From Opitutales bacterium (GTDB lineage Bacteria; Verrucomicrobiota; Verrucomicrobiia; Opitutales; Coraliomargaritaceae), in NCBI GenBank assembly GCA_049606355.1, contig JBMYVL010000006.1, positions 96,514 to 128,513 on the forward strand: a stretch of 32,000 bases of DNA, given 5' to 3'. The notes under the pieces were generated by a model. That model was not told where the DNA came from and ran no database searches. It saw only the letters and a list, made by a program, of their open reading frames with translations. Positions 30,037-32,000 of this stretch are shown piece after piece (position 1 is the first letter of the stretch; each line of letters starts with the position of its first letter). The position numbers were made by a program, and so were the translations under genes.

Positions 30037-31053
30037 TCAGTGGGTGGGGCTGAAGCGGTAGTGGGTGACGCACCATTCATGGCCGTCGTTGTAGGCGAAG
30101 AGTTCCGCGCAGGCCATGTAAAACATACGCCAGCGCTGCAGCCACAGCTCGGTGTGTTGGCCATAGCAGGGCTGCAGGCAGGAGCGAAGTTCCGCAGCAT
30201 GGCGATCGTGCAGCTTGAGCCACGCCTCCAGCGTCTGGCTGTAGTGACGCCCATTGACCGTCCAGCGCGCGGCTTCGGTAAAGCCGCTGGCTGCAGTCGG
30301 GAGTAGATCGGCGGCAGGCATGATGCCGCCGGTAAAGAAGTGGCGCGCCATCCAGTCTTTCGCGCCACGGTCGTCAAACAAGTACGTGTGCCGACGGTGG
30401 GTGAAGATGTGCACGAAGAGTTGGCCCTGCGGGTGGAGCCAGTTGCGCAGGCGTTGGAACAACTGGCGGTGGTTGCGCACGTGTTCAAACATTTCCACCG
30501 AGACGATCCGATCGAAAGCTTGCTCGGGTTCAAACTCGTTAATGTCGCAGGTAATCACGTGCAGATTGCTGAGTCCGCGCGCCCGTGCTTGGCTTTCAAT
30601 GTAGGCACGCTGTGAGTGGGAGTTACTCACCGCCGTGATCGCGCTTGCCGGATAGTGGGCGGCCATCCACAGGCTGAGGGAGCCCCAGCCACAGCCCAGT
30701 TCGAGGATCGCTTGCCCGTCAGCGAGCTTCGCGCGCTCGCAGCTGAGGCGCAGCATGGCCGCCTCCGCCTGTTCGAGACTCGCGCTCGCATCCGTCCAGT
30801 AGCCACTGCTGTATTTCAAGTGTGGGCCCAATACCTTGCGGAAATAATCTGCAGGAATCTCGTAGTGCTGTGCATTGGCGGCTTCGGTGGCCTCGGCAAG
30901 CGGACGTTGACTCAAGCAGTCGATCCATTCAGCAGCGCTGCGCTGGCACTGCTGCGTTTCACGCAGGCGCTGGGCGAGCAGGCGGCGGATCCCCCAGCGG
31001 AGCATGCGGTCGGGCAGCAACCCGCGTTCGGCAAGAATGATGGGTAAAGACAT
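30037..31053 (-). CDS. Cfa/mycolic-acid-synthase family SAM-dependent methyltransferase (short form)
   Basis: 338 aa with HYEIPADYFRKVLGPHLKYSSGYW, the SAM motif ILELGCGWGSLSLWMA, VEMFEHV and FFTGGIMP. It is the first gene of a five-gene minus-strand operon. Confidence 0.8.
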   Translation of the reverse strand: MSLPIILAERGLLPDRMLRWGIRRLLAQRLRETQQCQRSAAEWIDCLSQRPLAEATEAANAQHYEIPADYFRKVLGPHLKYSSGYWTDASASLEQAEAAMLRLSCERAKLADGQAILELGCGWGSLSLWMAAHYPASAITAVSNSHSQRAYIESQARARGLSNLHVITCDINEFEPEQAFDRIVSVEMFEHVRNHRQLFQRLRNWLHPQGQLFVHIFTHRRHTYLFDDRGAKDWMARHFFTGGIMPAADLLPTAASGFTEAARWTVNGRHYSQTLEAWLKLHDRHAAELRSCLQPCYGQHTELWLQRWRMFYMACAELFAYNDGHEWCVTHYRFSPTH

Positions 31054-31092
31054 AATTTAAATACAGTAGAAGCATTCGTGGTGAGGGCGATG

Positions 31093-31117
31093 AACTTACA
31101 CGAAGACACTGTAAGTT
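31093..31117. promoter_or_regulatory. Inverted repeat AACTTACA-N9-TGTAAGTT in the divergent promoter region
   Basis: 8-bp perfect arms at 31093-31100 and 31110-31117. The same GTAAG/CTTAC core recurs three times in the other divergent promoter region of the cluster (24042-24085). Confidence 0.4.
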
Positions 31118-31143
31118 TTGACTGCCTGTAACGCTTTATTGAG

Positions 31144-31749
31144 ATGTTAATCACTGCTGCCAAACAGCTCCGCTTGCCCGTAATTGCCGCACTGCTGTGC
31201 ACCAGCGGATGCACCGCCTCGAAAACCATGCACACACAAACCGTACCGGACGCCGACTATCACGCCGCCTTGGAGTGGTCCGATCCGGCCAACTACAGCT
31301 TGCCGCCTGCCGGTTCTCCGGCCGAGGCAGCGATGCTGGCACGGGTCGAAGCCCTATTCACGGATTACACCTACGCGAACTTGTCCGCAGCAATTCCACA
31401 GGTGTATGCCGAAACCGTCTATTTTCGCGATGCCTTTAAATTACTGCGTCGTTCCGCAGCGATCCGCGCGTATTTCCTTGAAGGTCTGGAGGTGTTGGAA
31501 GCCGCGGAGTTTAGCTTTAACCAAGTCGTACGCAGTGGCGGCGACTTTTATATCGATTGGACCATGCGCCTCGACTTCAAGAAAACGCCGAGCGGCACTT
31601 GGGAAGAATCGATCGGCATGAGCCGTATGCGCTTCAATAGCGATGGGCAGGTGATCTTCCACCAGGACTATTGGGATCCGACCGATATCGTGTACAAGCG
31701 TATCCCAATCGCCAAGCAGTTGATCGCCTACGTGAAGTCGAAGCTGTAG
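31144..31749 (+). CDS. NTF2/SnoaL-like fold lipoprotein
   Basis: Signal peptide with lipobox LLCTSGC. The mature ~175 aa have an NTF2-like pattern (…VYFRDAF…DFYIDWTM…HQDYWD). This is a recurrent neighbour of Cfa/DUF1365 clusters. Confidence 0.55.
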   Translation: MLITAAKQLRLPVIAALLCTSGCTASKTMHTQTVPDADYHAALEWSDPANYSLPPAGSPAEAAMLARVEALFTDYTYANLSAAIPQVYAETVYFRDAFKLLRRSAAIRAYFLEGLEVLEAAEFSFNQVVRSGGDFYIDWTMRLDFKKTPSGTWEESIGMSRMRFNSDGQVIFHQDYWDPTDIVYKRIPIAKQLIAYVKSKL

Positions 31750-31762
31750 CAGTTATAATTAG

Positions 31763-31780
31763 GCAAAGCTTGCTTTTTTT
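31763..31780 (+). terminator. Weak candidate intrinsic terminator
   Basis: A short GCAA/TTGC stem (31763-31773) is followed by T7 (31774-31780), 14 nt after the stop codon. The stem is only 4 bp. Confidence 0.3.
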
Positions 31781-31810
31781 AACGGGTGCGGTTTTCTCCT
31801 CAGACTTTGG

Positions 31811-31900
31811 GGAGAAGTGACAGAGTGGCCGAATGTGCCTGACTCGAAATCAGGTGTGCCAGAAATGGTACCGGGGGTTCAAATCCCTCCTTCTCCGCCA
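31811..31900 (+). tRNA. tRNA-Ser (anticodon CGA), class II with long variable arm, CCA encoded
   Basis: Acceptor GGAGAAG/CTTCTCC, 3-bp D stem, anticodon stem CCTGA/TCAGG with loop CTCGAAA, 6-bp variable arm (GTGCCA-GAAA-TGGTAC), T arm GGGGG-TTCAAAT-CCCTC, discriminator G plus CCA. Confidence 0.92.
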
Positions 31901-32000
31901 TTTTGAGCAGTTGGGCGTCATCGTTGTCTATGATCCGTCGAATCGGAGGAGGATTTTGAAGGGCTACGGATCTATTACCTTCACCTTAACGGGTTGCTTT

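Noticed and set aside
31956-32000. Possible start of a lipoprotein gene at the window edge (GGAGGAGGA then TTG; MKGYGSITFTLTGCF...)
   Set aside because: Only 15 codons are visible and the start is a non-ATG codon. The lipobox-like LTGC is suggestive, but the ORF cannot be supported without downstream sequence.
31811-32000. tRNA-Ser(CGA) as a possible genomic-island integration site
   Set aside because: Only 100 nt follow the tRNA. No integrase gene or duplicated tRNA 3' end is visible in the window. The upstream cluster is not flanked by repeats and looks like core or accessory chromosome rather than a mobile island.

Overview
This is a densely packed bacterial chromosomal window with about 33 CDS and 2 tRNAs. 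I saw no rRNA, CRISPR array, IS element or integrase. I cannot verify the taxon; the gene content (type II glutamine synthetase, a chlamydia-like ytgABCD architecture, extended ribosomal proteins) weakly suggests a non-proteobacterial, possibly PVC-group organism.

Gene order:
- 1-4.8 kb: distal ribosomal spc/alpha block (secY' - map - rpsM - rpsK - rpsD - rpoA - rplQ), ending in a clear intrinsic terminator.
- 4.9-7.9 kb: amino-sugar pair (DegT-type aminotransferase plus membrane PglF/CapD-type dehydratase).
- 7.9-12.9 kb, minus strand: cardiolipin synthase and a peptide-type ABC importer (binding protein plus two permeases, no ATPase gene).
- 13-15.2 kb: an orphan hypothetical protein, an EEP-family hydrolase, rlmH and tRNA-Ala(GGC).
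- 15.4-16.5 kb: type II glutamine synthetase behind a near-consensus sigma-54 -24/-12 element.
- 16.6-17.9 kb: a minimal kinase-fold ORF translationally coupled to a PP2C phosphatase.
- 18-22.2 kb: a metal ABC importer in ytgABCD/troABCD order. Its first permease is fused in frame to a DtxR/MntR-like repressor domain, and an 18-bp perfect palindrome abuts its first start codon.
- 22.1-23.3 kb: rho.
- 23.6-31.7 kb: a fatty-acid/lipid-modification supercluster in four back-to-back transcription units. It holds an SRPBCC protein, an acyl desaturase, DUF1295, two Cfa-family methyltransferases, an FAD amine-oxidase-like protein, DUF1365 and an NTF2/SnoaL-like lipoprotein. It also carries its own ECF sigma factor and a small soluble anti-sigma with RsrA-like Cys/His spacing.
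- 31.8 kb: tRNA-Ser(CGA).

Best candidates for undescribed biology: the ECF/ZAS-controlled lipid-modification supercluster with GTAAG/CTTAC inverted repeats in both divergent promoter regions, the permease-repressor fusion with its candidate operator, and the mini-kinase/PP2C pair.

All family assignments come from reading the translations and recognising motifs. No database search was run.
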